Assembly: GCA_020348925.1 (NCBI GenBank)
Contig: CP070758.1
Location: 496,001 to 560,000, forward strand
Reading direction: 5' to 3'
From: Gemmatimonadota bacterium
Lineage (GTDB): Bacteria > JBHIER01 > G020348925
Length of the DNA: 64,000 nucleotides
Notes under the pieces: model-generated
What the model was told of the DNA's origin: nothing
Database searches by the model: none
What the model saw: the letters and a program-made list of their open reading frames with translations, nothing else
In this document: piece after piece, positions 19,533-30,087 of the stretch
Layout: each line of letters begins with the position of its first letter
Position numbering within the stretch: position 1 is the stretch's first letter
Translations under genes and position numbers: made by a program

Positions 19533-21269
19533 TTATTTTATGGTGAGGGAGGGAGGATGGTGGGTTACAATTTCCTCAATAGCATCTTGGAAAGTGAACA
19601 CATGTGGATTGACGTCCCATCCTTTGAGTCGTAACACTTTCAGAATTTTGGTTGTCTCCGGAATATCCAAACCCATGGAAAAGAGCACATCGTGATGTTC
19701 AAAGACGTGTTGGGGTGATCCCTGCAGGACGATTGTGCCCTCATGGAGAACGACGATTCTATCGGCGACTTGTGCCACGAGGTCGATATTATGAGAGATG
19801 AGAACTATAGTTCTCCCTGCTTCATGGAGATTGTGCACGAGGTGAAAAATACGCCGTACCCCCTGAGGGTCCAATCCAGCTGTCGGCTCGTCGAGAACGA
19901 GAATCTCCGGTTTCATCGAAAGGATACTGGCAATGGCCACGAGGCGCTTTTCACCTGAGCTGAGAGAAAGGGGCGAGCGGCACCCGAACACTTCAACGTT
20001 CAGGCCAACACATTCCAAGGCATCTTTCACATGTTTCTCAACCTTCGTTTCGTCGAAGCCAATGTTCCGCGGGCCGAATGCCACCTCGTCCTGAACATTT
20101 TCCTCGAAAAACTGAAGTTCTGGAAATTGAAAGACAAGGCCGACCTTTCGGCGCACCGTCCGCACCTCCTTATTCCGCCCCCAGAGATCGACGCCATTAC
20201 ACTGAATACGCCCGGTGTATGGCTTAAGAAGACCAGTTAGGTTTTCAGCTAAAGTTGTTTTGCCGGAACCTGTTGGGCCAATAAGCCCGACACATTCTCC
20301 TCGTTCAATGCTGAGGCAGACATCCTTTAGGGCCGCTGTTTGAGTCCTAGGGCCTGCCTCATAAACATAATACAGATGTTCCGTGGTAAGTACACCTGAT
20401 AGAGGGTGATATCCTTGAGATGTTGCAGGGCACGAAATGGGAAGGTCCGTTCTCTTCTCATATCCTTGATCCGGTTTGCTGAGAATATCGTCAGGCAGAC
20501 AGAGACCTGCTTTGTTGATTGCTTCATTCAGGCGGAGAATTAAAGGCGCTTCGAGACCCCAGTGACTCAATTGGCTTGGTTGTTCAAAAATTGATTGAGG
20601 GGTTCCATCCTTCATGACCTTTCCCTGGACCAGAACGATGAGACGATCAGCCTGAAGAGCTTCCTCTGGAAATTGTGTTATGTGAAGTACGGTCGTTTTG
20701 CTCTCCGAATGGATATCCCTGAGGAGTGAGAGAAGGGATCGTCTGTTCTGAGGATCCAAGAGTGATGTCGGTTCGTCGAGGATAAGATATTTGGGCTCCA
20801 TCGCCATGACGCTGGCAACAGCCAGACGCTGTTTCTCACCTCCTGATAAGCGATGGGGCGAGGAGTGACGATAGGGAAGCAAATTGAACCTGTCAAGGGT
20901 CTCCTCGACCCGACTCTGGATGAGGGGAGTTGGCAGCCCCAGATTCTCGAGGCCAAAGGCAATTTCACGCTCAACTGTGGCCGAAATAATCTGATTATCC
21001 GGATTCTGAAACACCATGCCCAGACGACGTCGCACTTCCCATTGATCTTTGGGATCAGAGGGATTGAAGTGGTCGACGGTGATACGACCGGACGTTGGCG
21101 TAATAAGAGCATTCAAGCACTGAACCAACGTGGTTTTGCCTGAACCGTTGGGTCCGATTATGGCCGCATATTCTCCGTCTGAAAATGTCAAGGAGATGTC
21201 ATCGAGTGCAGATATCCATTGCTCGTGGTGCACCTTGAACCGGTGGCTGAGATGCGAGACGGTGATCAT
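19533..21269 (-). CDS. Energy-coupling factor transporter ATPase with two fused ABC domains (EcfA1-EcfA2)
   Basis: Two Walker A (GPNGSGKT, GPTGSGKT), VFQNPDNQ / VFQFPELQFFEE, LSGGEKQR / LSSGEKR, two LDEPT. Confidence 0.93.
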   Translation of the reverse strand: MITVSHLSHRFKVHHEQWISALDDISLTFSDGEYAAIIGPNGSGKTTLVQCLNALITPTSGRITVDHFNPSDPKDQWEVRRRLGMVFQNPDNQIISATVEREIAFGLENLGLPTPLIQSRVEETLDRFNLLPYRHSSPHRLSGGEKQRLAVASVMAMEPKYLILDEPTSLLDPQNRRSLLSLLRDIHSESKTTVLHITQFPEEALQADRLIVLVQGKVMKDGTPQSIFEQPSQLSHWGLEAPLILRLNEAINKAGLCLPDDILSKPDQGYEKRTDLPISCPATSQGYHPLSGVLTTEHLYYVYEAGPRTQTAALKDVCLSIERGECVGLIGPTGSGKTTLAENLTGLLKPYTGRIQCNGVDLWGRNKEVRTVRRKVGLVFQFPELQFFEENVQDEVAFGPRNIGFDETKVEKHVKDALECVGLNVEVFGCRSPLSLSSGEKRLVAIASILSMKPEILVLDEPTAGLDPQGVRRIFHLVHNLHEAGRTIVLISHNIDLVAQVADRIVVLHEGTIVLQGSPQHVFEHHDVLFSMGLDIPETTKILKVLRLKGWDVNPHVFTFQDAIEEIVTHHPPSLTIK

Positions 21270-22456
21270 TCCTGTACATCAGAGGAGGGCGTTGGATCGT
21301 GCAGTTTCTTCCGAACCTCTTCGTATATTTCCAAAATGGGGATTTTGTGGTTCATTGCAGCCTTCCTGCAGTCGTCATACTCCGGTGTGAAGCGTCTCGT
21401 TCCCTCGAAAGCGGCAGCCTTCACCCGGATACGGCCGTATTTCGTCTCGAGGGCGATTGTTTCCCTTTTCGCTTTGAGTCTTTCCACAGGAGAGATGCGG
21501 AGTCCCAAAGTCGTTGTCTCTTGAAGGATGTGATGGCTCATATGGTGAAGGGCGTGCGGTTCGACCAAAACGCGCAACAGGATTCCGGGCCTGCCTTTTT
21601 TCATGATGATGGGGGAGAGGGTCACATCCTGAGCGCCTTCCGCCAACAGTTTTTCAATCACGTAGCTGTATATTTCCGGATTCATGTCGTCGATATTCGT
21701 TTCGATGACGACGGACCGATCATGAACATATGATTCTCGTGCCCGACCTATCTCAATTCGCAACAGGTTGGGAATCTCGTCGAATTTCTTCGTACCGGCA
21801 CCGTACCCGATCGCTTCTGGTACGAACAGGGGAACGTCGTCGAAGCTTTTTGCCAGAGTCGTAATGATGGCCGCGCCGGTGGGTGTTGTCAGCTCTCCCC
21901 TGATCGAGGTCCGCTGAGAGGGTACACCGCGAATTAACTCGAGCGTTGCCGGCGCCGGGACGGGTATGGTCCCGTGTTCACTCCTGACGTAGCCTGAACC
22001 GAGCCGTATGTGCGAGGCGTAAACGTCATGCACCCCTAAGGATTCGAGACCGATGACGGCCCCCAGGACATCCACAAGAGCATCCGTGGCGCCGACTTCG
22101 TGAAAATGGACCTTTTCGGGAGTCGTATTGTGGATCTTTGCTTCAGCTTCTGCGAGACGTCGAAAAATTCGTTTCGCCGCCTCTTTGGATGAATGGCTGA
22201 CGGTGCTTTCATCGATGATATCCGTAATCTCTTTCAGGTGCCGAGCCGGCTCCATTTTCGTAAGCGTTACCTCAACCTTGGTGGCCGAGATCCCGTGTCT
22301 CTCGGTTCTGCTGGCAGACAGTTCATACCCCTCGAGCGGCAGTTTCGAAAGGGCAGTCCTCAGTGCTTCGAGGGACAGACCCGCATACACCAGAGCGCCT
22401 AAGATCATGTCTCCGCTGATACCGGAGAAACAGTCGAAGTATGCGAGCTTCATCAT
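21266..22456 (-). CDS. larC: Nickel pincer cofactor biosynthesis protein LarC
   Basis: YFDCFSGISGDM, VHFHEVG, ELTTPTGAA, ETNIDDMNPE, MKKGRPG, PEYDDC. Confidence 0.96.
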   Translation of the reverse strand: MMKLAYFDCFSGISGDMILGALVYAGLSLEALRTALSKLPLEGYELSASRTERHGISATKVEVTLTKMEPARHLKEITDIIDESTVSHSSKEAAKRIFRRLAEAEAKIHNTTPEKVHFHEVGATDALVDVLGAVIGLESLGVHDVYASHIRLGSGYVRSEHGTIPVPAPATLELIRGVPSQRTSIRGELTTPTGAAIITTLAKSFDDVPLFVPEAIGYGAGTKKFDEIPNLLRIEIGRARESYVHDRSVVIETNIDDMNPEIYSYVIEKLLAEGAQDVTLSPIIMKKGRPGILLRVLVEPHALHHMSHHILQETTTLGLRISPVERLKAKRETIALETKYGRIRVKAAAFEGTRRFTPEYDDCRKAAMNHKIPILEIYEEVRKKLHDPTPSSDVQE

Positions 22457-23217
22457 CGTCTTTTTTCGCGAGACCTGCTCATGAGGCTGGCGGCGTACCC
22501 TGCTCCGAAGCCATTATCGATGTTGACCACAGTGACGCCTGCGGCGCAGCTGTTGAGCATTCCCAGGAGCGCCGTGAGTCCTTGGAAACTGGCTCCGTAC
22601 CCGATGCTGGTCGGTACGGCGATGACGGGCTTGTCCACGAGGCCGCCGACGACGCTGGCAAGAGCCCCTTCCATACCGGCCACGACGATGATGATGCTGG
22701 CCGCCTCGATCTTGTCCTTGTGAGCGAAGAGGCGATGGATGCCGGCCACACCGACGTCGAAAACCCGCTCGACCCGGTTTCCCAGGACCTCGGCGGTGAC
22801 TGCCGCTTCCTCGGCTACGGGCACATCTGACGTACCTGCTGATATGACCAGGACACTTCCGGTATCCTCAGGAGGTGTTACCTTCCGTATGTGGGTGATC
22901 GTTCGGGCCAGATCGTTGTACTGTGCCTGTGGAATGGTCTTGCGGACCGCCTCGTAGACGTCACGATTCGCTCTGGTGGCCAAAAGATCGGATCCTGAAG
23001 AGCTGATGCGTTCGGCAATGGCAACAATCTGGTCGGTTGTCTTTCCCTGGCAGAAAATAACCTCAGGAAAACCCGTTCTCAACGAGCGGTGATGATCGAT
23101 GGTGGCAAAACCGATATCCTCGAAAGGCAGAGACCGCAACGACTCTAAGGCTTCTTCAACGTCGAGTGATCCGCTTTTCACCTGTTCCAGGATGTCCCTA
23201 ATCATTTCCCTGTTCAT
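22453..23217 (-). CDS. larB: Nickel pincer cofactor biosynthesis protein LarB
   Basis: IDHHR..RTGFPEVIF, AGTSDVPVAEEA, DVGVAGIHRL, AGMEGAL, VNIDNGFGA. Confidence 0.96.
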   Translation of the reverse strand: MNREMIRDILEQVKSGSLDVEEALESLRSLPFEDIGFATIDHHRSLRTGFPEVIFCQGKTTDQIVAIAERISSSGSDLLATRANRDVYEAVRKTIPQAQYNDLARTITHIRKVTPPEDTGSVLVISAGTSDVPVAEEAAVTAEVLGNRVERVFDVGVAGIHRLFAHKDKIEAASIIIVVAGMEGALASVVGGLVDKPVIAVPTSIGYGASFQGLTALLGMLNSCAAGVTVVNIDNGFGAGYAASLMSRSREKRR

Positions 23218-24194
23218 GCTACGACCTCAGCGTGCGCCTTTTGCATGTACTCCTGAAAAAGATTTTCAACGTCAACGATTGTTTCGAGGATGGATATGTT
23301 CTTTCGTAACTGGGCACTTTCGCGAAGACCTTTGGTATACCATAAAAGGTGTTTTCTCATTGCTCTGATGCCAAGGAGTTCACCTTTTTCTTGAAGCGCC
23401 GAGTGCGTGTGTTTGAGTGCTGCCTCGAATCGCTCATGAAGGGAAGGTTGAGGTAACAGCTCGTTCGTCTTCAGAAAGTGGTTGGTATGGTGGAAAATCC
23501 ACGGCTGCCCCAGGCTCGCTCTTCCGATCATGACCGCATCACATCCGGTCTGGTTGAACATGTTTGCGGCATCAAGGGGAGATGTGATGTCACCACTTCC
23601 GATGACGGGGATCGCGACAGCCTCTTTCACCTGAGCGATAAGATCCCAATCGGCTTTCCCAGAGAACTGCATCTGTTGGGTCCTGGGATGAACGGTTACA
23701 GCTGAGATGCCACATTCCTGGGCCATTGTAGCAACGTCCACAGCAACAATGGATTCGCGACTCCAGCCACTCCGTATTTTTATGGTAACGGGAATTTGCA
23801 CGGCTTGTACTACGGCCCGAAATATTTTTTCAACGAGTTTCAGATCGCGAAGAAGTGCTGCACCTGCATTGCGCTTGACCACTTTGCGGACGGGACACGC
23901 CAGATTGATGTCGATCATATCGGGTTTCTGTTGAGCAGCACTGACAGCTCCTTTGGCCAAAATCTCAGGATCTGATCCAAAAATCTGGATGCCTAAAGGG
24001 CGTTCCGATTGTTGAAAAAAGAGATAACGGAGCGTGTTGGTGTTCCCTCGCACAAGGCCGTCGGCACTAATCATCTCAGTGAAAACAAGAGCGGCTCCGA
24101 AGAATCGGCACAGCAACCGAAAAGAGGTATCCGTGATGCCGGCCAGTGGAGCCAATACAACTTTTCCCTGAATTTGAACATTGCCGATTTTCAT
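23214..24194 (-). CDS. dusB: tRNA dihydrouridine synthase
   Basis: LAPLAGITD, TEMIS, IDINLACPV, KIRSGW, VHPRT, GCDAVMIGR. Confidence 0.93.
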   Translation of the reverse strand: MKIGNVQIQGKVVLAPLAGITDTSFRLLCRFFGAALVFTEMISADGLVRGNTNTLRYLFFQQSERPLGIQIFGSDPEILAKGAVSAAQQKPDMIDINLACPVRKVVKRNAGAALLRDLKLVEKIFRAVVQAVQIPVTIKIRSGWSRESIVAVDVATMAQECGISAVTVHPRTQQMQFSGKADWDLIAQVKEAVAIPVIGSGDITSPLDAANMFNQTGCDAVMIGRASLGQPWIFHHTNHFLKTNELLPQPSLHERFEAALKHTHSALQEKGELLGIRAMRKHLLWYTKGLRESAQLRKNISILETIVDVENLFQEYMQKAHAEVVA

Positions 24195-24282
24195 GTCCGT
24201 CAATATACGTCATTCTGAAAAGTTGAGCAAGAATTTTCTCCTTGAGGGCGTGTGCTGACATTTCGTCATTTTCAATTTACCG

Positions 24283-24311
24283 TTGACATGATCCCTCACA
24301 CGTTATATATT
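24283..24311 (+). promoter_or_regulatory. Sigma70-type promoter of rpsT
   Basis: TTGACA-17 nt-TATATT about 60 nt upstream of the rpsT start. Confidence 0.65.
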
Positions 24312-24372
24312 TGCCCTCCCAAGAGTCTGAATGAACATACATGTAAAGCGGTACTTTCAGAAGGAGGTTTGA

Positions 24373-24630
24373 ATGCCGACCCATAAGGCTGCAGAAAAGC
24401 ATCTGCGTACCAGCAAGAAGAGAAGGGCGCGCAATATGGCTCAGAAATCGATGGCGAAAACAGCCGTGAAAAAAGTATTACAGGCGGAAGACTTGGAGTC
24501 GGGCCGGGAGGCCTTAAAATCGGCCACTTCGGCATTGGATAAGTTAGCTCGTAAGAGGATTGTCCCCAAAAAAAGGGTTGCACGCCATAAATCAAAGTTG
24601 ACGAAAAGAGTAACCGCACTCGGTGTCTAA
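24373..24630 (+). CDS. rpsT: 30S ribosomal protein S20
   Basis: MPTHKAAEKHLRTSKKRRARN...KTAVKKV...LDKLARK...ARHKSKL; AAGGAGG RBS; convergent with holA. Confidence 0.95.
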   Translation: MPTHKAAEKHLRTSKKRRARNMAQKSMAKTAVKKVLQAEDLESGREALKSATSALDKLARKRIVPKKRVARHKSKLTKRVTALGV

Positions 24631-25637
24631 ACATTTCCTGAGAAACGACACAATCTATAGATCAGCAGCTGCATGACGAAACGTGGATTTTGATAACTCG
24701 ACTTGAGATGTTTATCAGCTTCCAAGAGACATTGAAAAGCATGCTCGAATTCGGGTTGGGTCATGTCGCGGACCTGCTGTATATATGATCGAACAACAAA
24801 AGGCCTGATTTTGGCCCCTTGTGCTATTTCTTCTGTGGAAACTCCACTTGTGTACAGTTGGTGTACTTTGGTTAACGTCACGTAATGTTTTGTTAAAACC
24901 GAAACAAGACCTACCCCAGATTCACCCGTCTCCAGCAGAGAATGAAGTATGTGTAAGGAATCATTCAACCTTCGCTCAGCCACGGCCCCGGCGAAGTCAA
25001 AGACGGAATTGCTCTTTGTAATACCCACAACGGTTTCCACATCTTTCCGGTCTATCGTTGTTCGTTCATCAGTATACACGGCGAGCTTATCGATTTCGTT
25101 GGCCAATTCCCGAAGATTGGAACCAACGTAATTTTGTAAAACTACGAGAGCGTCTTGACTGATCTGCATTCCCCTCGCCTGAACCCTTTTTCGAATCCAG
25201 GTTGGAATTTCATTGTCAAACAGCGGCCAAAAAACGACCGTCGTAACCCTTTTGCTGAGATCTTTAAAAAATCCCTTGCGCACATCCATTTTCGGCCCAA
25301 CGAGCACCAGGCACGTCGTTCGGGCTGGATTCTCCGCGTAGCCGAAGAATATTTTTTTATCCTTAGGAGTGCAGCGCTGAATATCTCGATAGATGACGAG
25401 TCTTCGCTCGGCCATCATGGGAAACGAAGAGGCGATGTCCACTGCTGTCGCCGCATCCGTTTCACCACCATAGAGCACATCGTAGTTGAAATCCTTTGTA
25501 CTCGAATCTACGAGTACCTCGGAAATTTTTTCAAGTATCTCCTCTTTTAAAAAATCCTCCTCGCCGTGGAAGAGATAGACCGGCTCAAGATTGCCTTTTT
25601 GTATTTCCTTTAAGAGATCACCATATTTCATCGACAT
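24627..25637 (-). CDS. holA: DNA polymerase III subunit delta
   Basis: PVYLFHGEEDFL, FNYDVLYG, SFPMMAERRLVI, NEIDKL, VFDF; AAGGAG RBS before MSMK. Confidence 0.93.
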   Translation of the reverse strand: MSMKYGDLLKEIQKGNLEPVYLFHGEEDFLKEEILEKISEVLVDSSTKDFNYDVLYGGETDAATAVDIASSFPMMAERRLVIYRDIQRCTPKDKKIFFGYAENPARTTCLVLVGPKMDVRKGFFKDLSKRVTTVVFWPLFDNEIPTWIRKRVQARGMQISQDALVVLQNYVGSNLRELANEIDKLAVYTDERTTIDRKDVETVVGITKSNSVFDFAGAVAERRLNDSLHILHSLLETGESGVGLVSVLTKHYVTLTKVHQLYTSGVSTEEIAQGAKIRPFVVRSYIQQVRDMTQPEFEHAFQCLLEADKHLKSSYQNPRFVMQLLIYRLCRFSGNV

Positions 25638-25820
25638 GTTCTCCTTATCGCTTCTAATGTTACTGCGAAGTGACCGAAATGTCAATGAAAAAAAGAAAAT
25701 AATGGAAAAAAATCCTTTACAAGGAAAGAGAAATGTATTAATGTTATAAGTTCATTTATTTCGGTGTGTTCCTTTCAAGTGACACTTTTGCAATCTTGTT
25801 TTCCAGAAAGTAGAGTGCGG

Positions 25821-27797
25821 ATGAAAGACAGAGTTATACAGACGAAAAACGTAAGATGTCTGAGTAGCGTATTCTTCTTCACGTTACTTTTTTGTTGGGC
25901 TTTGTTTCCAGTGCATGCTCAGGAGCAGGAGGAACAGTTTGGGAAGGACTTACATACGTTTCGGATTGAAATACCGCGGTGTGTCCTGTCCTCCGTTCCT
26001 TGTGACATTTCCGTATCTGCTCTCGATGAAAAGGGAAACGTCCTGCACAGCTACACGGGGCGCCCTCAGGCATCCGGAATTCTGACAGAAAGAGATGGTC
26101 GCTGGATTCCCCTTGATCGCATCGGACCGTTTCGCCGGGGTCAACTCCTGTTACCAGGGGTTCGCCTGAGTTCTTCCACCATTACGGTTATCGATGGAAA
26201 AGTCGTTGAAAAACAACGGGTTCGGATTATTCCGGGAATATTATCCCTTCTCCCTCCGCTCTTAGCCATTGCCCTGGCTCTGCTCTTTCGCCAGGTTCTC
26301 CTGTCACTTTTTTGTGGTATATGGCTGGGGGCGACATTCTTGTTTGGATACAATCCCTTTCTCGGTTTTGTGCGTGTCTTGGACCACTATCTTGTGAATG
26401 CTCTTGCCGATCGTTCTCACGCGGCCATCATTCTCTTCAGTCTGACCCTCGGTGGCATGGTCGGTATTATTGCCAGATCCGGTGGGGCCCAGGGGATCGT
26501 AACCGCCATCACCAGGGGGACAGGTTCTCCGCGAAGAGCCCAGATTGCGACCTGGGCCATGGGAATTTTCATCTTTATCGACGATTATGCGAACAGCCTT
26601 CTCGTAGGGAACACCATGCGCCCTTTCACCGATACGCTCCGCATCTCACGGGAAAAATTGGCCTATCTCGTCGATGCCACGGCTGCACCTGTATCGAGTA
26701 TTGCCATTATCTCCACATGGATCGGGTTCGAGTTGGGTTTGGTGGGGGATGCCTTTACTACGCTGGGTCTGGATCGCAATGTGTACATGACTTTTCTGCA
26801 AACGATACCCTACCGGTTCTACAGCCTCTTCACGCTTTTTTTCGTTTTTCTTATCGCCATCACCCTGAGGGATTACGGTACCATGCGAGAGGCGGAAGTG
26901 AGAGCCCGAAGAACAGGCAAGGTATTACGGGATGGTGCGGAACCGTTGACGGACAAGGAATTGACGGAGGCTGTTGCACCAGAAGGAACGCCACTGCGGT
27001 GGTACAATGGATTGATACCGATTCTGACCGTTATTGTCGTTACTCTTGTGGGGCTTTGGTCGAGCGGGCGGAGTGCCCTCGGAAGTGAAGCAGCCAATGC
27101 GCCTCTGTACACGATCTTCAGCTCGGCCGACTCTTTTTCCGTCCTCATGTGGGCCTCCTTCATTGGGGCCGGTGTTGCGGCTCTCTTGACGCTTTCCCAG
27201 CGTATACTCTCTCTGAAAGAGACGATGGAGGCGTGGGTATCAGGTGCCAAATCGATGTTCTTTGCCATGCTGATCCTTGTTTCGGCCTGGTCCATAGGTT
27301 CGATCTGCAAGGATCTGAGTACGGCCGATTATGTCGTTCATGTCAGCAAAGGCGTGCTGACCCCCCATCTCATCCCATTGGCGGCATTTCTTATTTCAGC
27401 TTTTATCGGTTTCTCAACAGGAACCTCCTGGGGAACCATGGCGATACTGATGCCCATCGTGATACCGTTGGCCTACAAAATTCCATTGCAGGCGGGATTG
27501 GTCGAAGGCACGGCAGGGCACATACTATTGGGGGCGATCGCCGGAGTTTTGGCAGGCGCCACCTTTGGCGATCATTGCTCTCCGATATCTGACACAACCA
27601 TCCTCTCTTCCATGGCTTCGGCGTGCGACCACATTGATCACGTTCGCACCCAGATGCCGTATGCCTTGACCACAGGTGCAGCGGCCTGTCTGTTGGGCTA
27701 CCTCCCAGCTGGTTTTGGCTTCAGCCCTTATGTGTGCCTCGGGATGGGGAGTATTCTCCTGTTCTTTTTTCTCAGAATGTTTGGGAAGAAGGTGTGA
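25821..27797 (+). CDS. Na+/H+ antiporter NhaC family protein with N-terminal soluble extension
   Basis: FIDDYAN, ISREKLAYLVDATAAP, STGTSWGTM, GDHCSPISDTT, HVRTQMPYA. Start uncertain. Confidence 0.92.
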   Translation: MKDRVIQTKNVRCLSSVFFFTLLFCWALFPVHAQEQEEQFGKDLHTFRIEIPRCVLSSVPCDISVSALDEKGNVLHSYTGRPQASGILTERDGRWIPLDRIGPFRRGQLLLPGVRLSSSTITVIDGKVVEKQRVRIIPGILSLLPPLLAIALALLFRQVLLSLFCGIWLGATFLFGYNPFLGFVRVLDHYLVNALADRSHAAIILFSLTLGGMVGIIARSGGAQGIVTAITRGTGSPRRAQIATWAMGIFIFIDDYANSLLVGNTMRPFTDTLRISREKLAYLVDATAAPVSSIAIISTWIGFELGLVGDAFTTLGLDRNVYMTFLQTIPYRFYSLFTLFFVFLIAITLRDYGTMREAEVRARRTGKVLRDGAEPLTDKELTEAVAPEGTPLRWYNGLIPILTVIVVTLVGLWSSGRSALGSEAANAPLYTIFSSADSFSVLMWASFIGAGVAALLTLSQRILSLKETMEAWVSGAKSMFFAMLILVSAWSIGSICKDLSTADYVVHVSKGVLTPHLIPLAAFLISAFIGFSTGTSWGTMAILMPIVIPLAYKIPLQAGLVEGTAGHILLGAIAGVLAGATFGDHCSPISDTTILSSMASACDHIDHVRTQMPYALTTGAAACLLGYLPAGFGFSPYVCLGMGSILLFFFLRMFGKKV

Positions 27798-27868
27798 GTT
27801 CATTCATTTAACTTACTGTATTCATGAACTGTTCTCCCGGTCTCCGTATTTGAATACAGGGTAGACGC

Positions 27869-27938
27869 CGTGCCGGAATCTTCGCGATTGTGTAACGGAT
27901 TCTCAATGCAGAAGATTCCGGGATAAACCCGGAACGAC
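27869..27938. repeat. REP-like element (CCGGAATC...GATTCCGGG family)
   Basis: Shares GCCGGAATC and GATTCCGGGATAA.CCCGG with 42168-42252; lies between convergent genes. Confidence 0.6.
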
Positions 27939-27992
27939 ATAATCAATAATCGTGGAAGATGCTCTGGACCAAAGCTCGAAATACGTTTTCAC

Positions 27993-29591
27993 TTATTGTA
28001 CTTTGGTAGCCAAAATCATGGCATTTTTTTCAGAAAAAGTCCCTTTTATATACACTTTATCCAAATAATCGAGATTCTGCCAGTAATCCAAATACTTCAT
28101 GCTCCCTTTATATTCAACCCAAAGCAGTCCGGTTCCATCATCGACAGCTATCTTGTGGCCTCTGTCATAGACGGTCTCGATATTCTTAATTTGACCCTTA
28201 ATCTCAACGGTCTTCCCGTCATACTTTGCGGCTTGGCCAAGCACATCCATGATCTTGACCATACCGCAATCGGCCTGTTTTGCCAGAGTCAATCCATCCT
28301 GAACAATGTCCTCTATTCTGGAATATCCACCTTGGGTAAACGCTTCAGTCGCCTCTTTCATCTTTTTCCTTGCTTTGCCCGTATTACAGCCGAGCTCATC
28401 CACCATCTCTATACTCGTCTTCAACTCCTCAATACGCGGGTATGTACTCCAGGCTTTTTCAACGTTCAATTGGACGTTCGTCATCATTTGGTGAGCAAGA
28501 ACGTAGTGCTCATCCTTCAAGGTCTCTTCCGCTTCTTCGAGCGCTCTGATAATAAATGATATGTTGATCTCCTTCTCTTGAAACGTTTTTCGTTCTGCTT
28601 CGACATCATTTCTGATGATCGTATAACTCTCCAGTATATCCCAGATCTCATGTAACCGAAGGTGCGCACCATATCCGTGCTTAAATGCCTTTCCATATTC
28701 TTTATTCAGGAGTGCTTTTCTTGCCTCACCTAAATGTTTCGTAATCGCAGGCATCTCAATATTATTTCGTTTTAAATAATTGATTTTGATCTCTGTCCCT
28801 ACAACGAGATCCTCGGTCGCCTTGCCCCATGCGTCGTATGATGAAAAAACCGGAGCGGTGCTCTCCACCAGCATGGCATCGCCGTGGAGTGTTCCGTGAT
28901 TTTCAAACGGAGAGAGATCTTGGACTGTTCCGTCGCGTGTGAGCTCATTGAAGTCATAGTAGGCGACGATATCCTTGTCACTTCCCGTAATTTTCTGTCC
29001 CATTCCAGATTCAATCTCATCCTCAGTCAGGGCACGACTGTAAATTCGGACTTCATCGAACTCACCGTGAAAACGGCGATCCTTCGTCGACTGTCCTACA
29101 CAGAAAGCTTCATTGGTGCTTGAAGGATACTCGAGAGTGCCTTTCGTATCGAGAAAGCCGTTTATCCATATTTCCGCTTGATGCTTCTTATTCCCTCGCA
29201 AGACGCAAGCGATATGATACCACTGATGTGGGGATAACGCTAAATTTGATTTCAAGTATCTCGCTCTGTCATTTCCAGAAAAGAAGACAACATGGCCTTC
29301 CTCGGAAATTGACACAGAATACCCCGCCCATTCAGTGTCAGTCAAACATTTTTCCAGGACTGTCGTCTGATGAAAATCCTCTGACGTAGATTTCATCCAG
29401 ACCTCAATCGTTAATGGGCCTGTGATGTTTAAACTCTGTGAATGAGGGATTTCCACAAAATCTCCGTATGTACCGCATTTGAGTGCCTTTGCCGATTCTT
29501 GTGCATCGGTTGCTTCAACCCAATCGATCTGAGCAGCGACTGTCAATGATAAAACGATTAGGAGCCCAACTGTATTCCTCAAAGTTTTCAC
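27993..29591 (-). CDS. Secreted LamG-domain protein with helical repeats and a C-terminal OB-fold
   Basis: Signal peptide; WYHIACV and FHGEFDEVRIYSRAL (LamG); YDGKTVEIKG...VDDGTG (OB-fold-like). Confidence 0.78.
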   Translation of the reverse strand: MKTLRNTVGLLIVLSLTVAAQIDWVEATDAQESAKALKCGTYGDFVEIPHSQSLNITGPLTIEVWMKSTSEDFHQTTVLEKCLTDTEWAGYSVSISEEGHVVFFSGNDRARYLKSNLALSPHQWYHIACVLRGNKKHQAEIWINGFLDTKGTLEYPSSTNEAFCVGQSTKDRRFHGEFDEVRIYSRALTEDEIESGMGQKITGSDKDIVAYYDFNELTRDGTVQDLSPFENHGTLHGDAMLVESTAPVFSSYDAWGKATEDLVVGTEIKINYLKRNNIEMPAITKHLGEARKALLNKEYGKAFKHGYGAHLRLHEIWDILESYTIIRNDVEAERKTFQEKEINISFIIRALEEAEETLKDEHYVLAHQMMTNVQLNVEKAWSTYPRIEELKTSIEMVDELGCNTGKARKKMKEATEAFTQGGYSRIEDIVQDGLTLAKQADCGMVKIMDVLGQAAKYDGKTVEIKGQIKNIETVYDRGHKIAVDDGTGLLWVEYKGSMKYLDYWQNLDYLDKVYIKGTFSEKNAMILATKVQ

Positions 29592-30006
29592 GATGTTGTC
29601 TCCTCATGTTTGACCGTTCAGACAGACATTCATTCACACCTTTTGAAATCAATTCCTCTCAATATAATTCTCAGCCAGCGGATGTCAATCGAAAAGGTTA
29701 AGGTCAAATTACCCTGTTGAGAATCTGATATCCGTACATACTGCGAAGCGAATGTAAAATGGTTTCCTTGGCCATACGGCAGTATTAACATTATGGCAAA
29801 TGACCTAACAATTGGGCGCATAGAGTAACAATTTGTGGGGTAAGGGATTACATGTTTGCCAGCTTAAAATTAAAAAAGCATAACAATGAAGTTCCAGATG
29901 GAAGGTTTGATATTCTGATGCGAAGTATTGGATACTACAAGTGGGCAACGTGAGAGCCCCAAAAAGTACTTATTATCAAAGACATTATGTTAGAAAGTCA
30001 ATAGGT

Positions 30007-30087
30007 ATGGTAGTCTCCTTTCTTTAATTTAGAGATGTAAGCGTACACACTCACAAAGAAAGGAGGACTACCATGTGTACAAGTAAA
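30007..30087 (+). mobile_element. Possible 5' end of an insertion sequence at a contig break
   Basis: 19-bp inverted repeat (30007-30025 / 30055-30074) sequesters AGGAGG and ATG 30073; contig ends after 5 codons. Confidence 0.35.
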
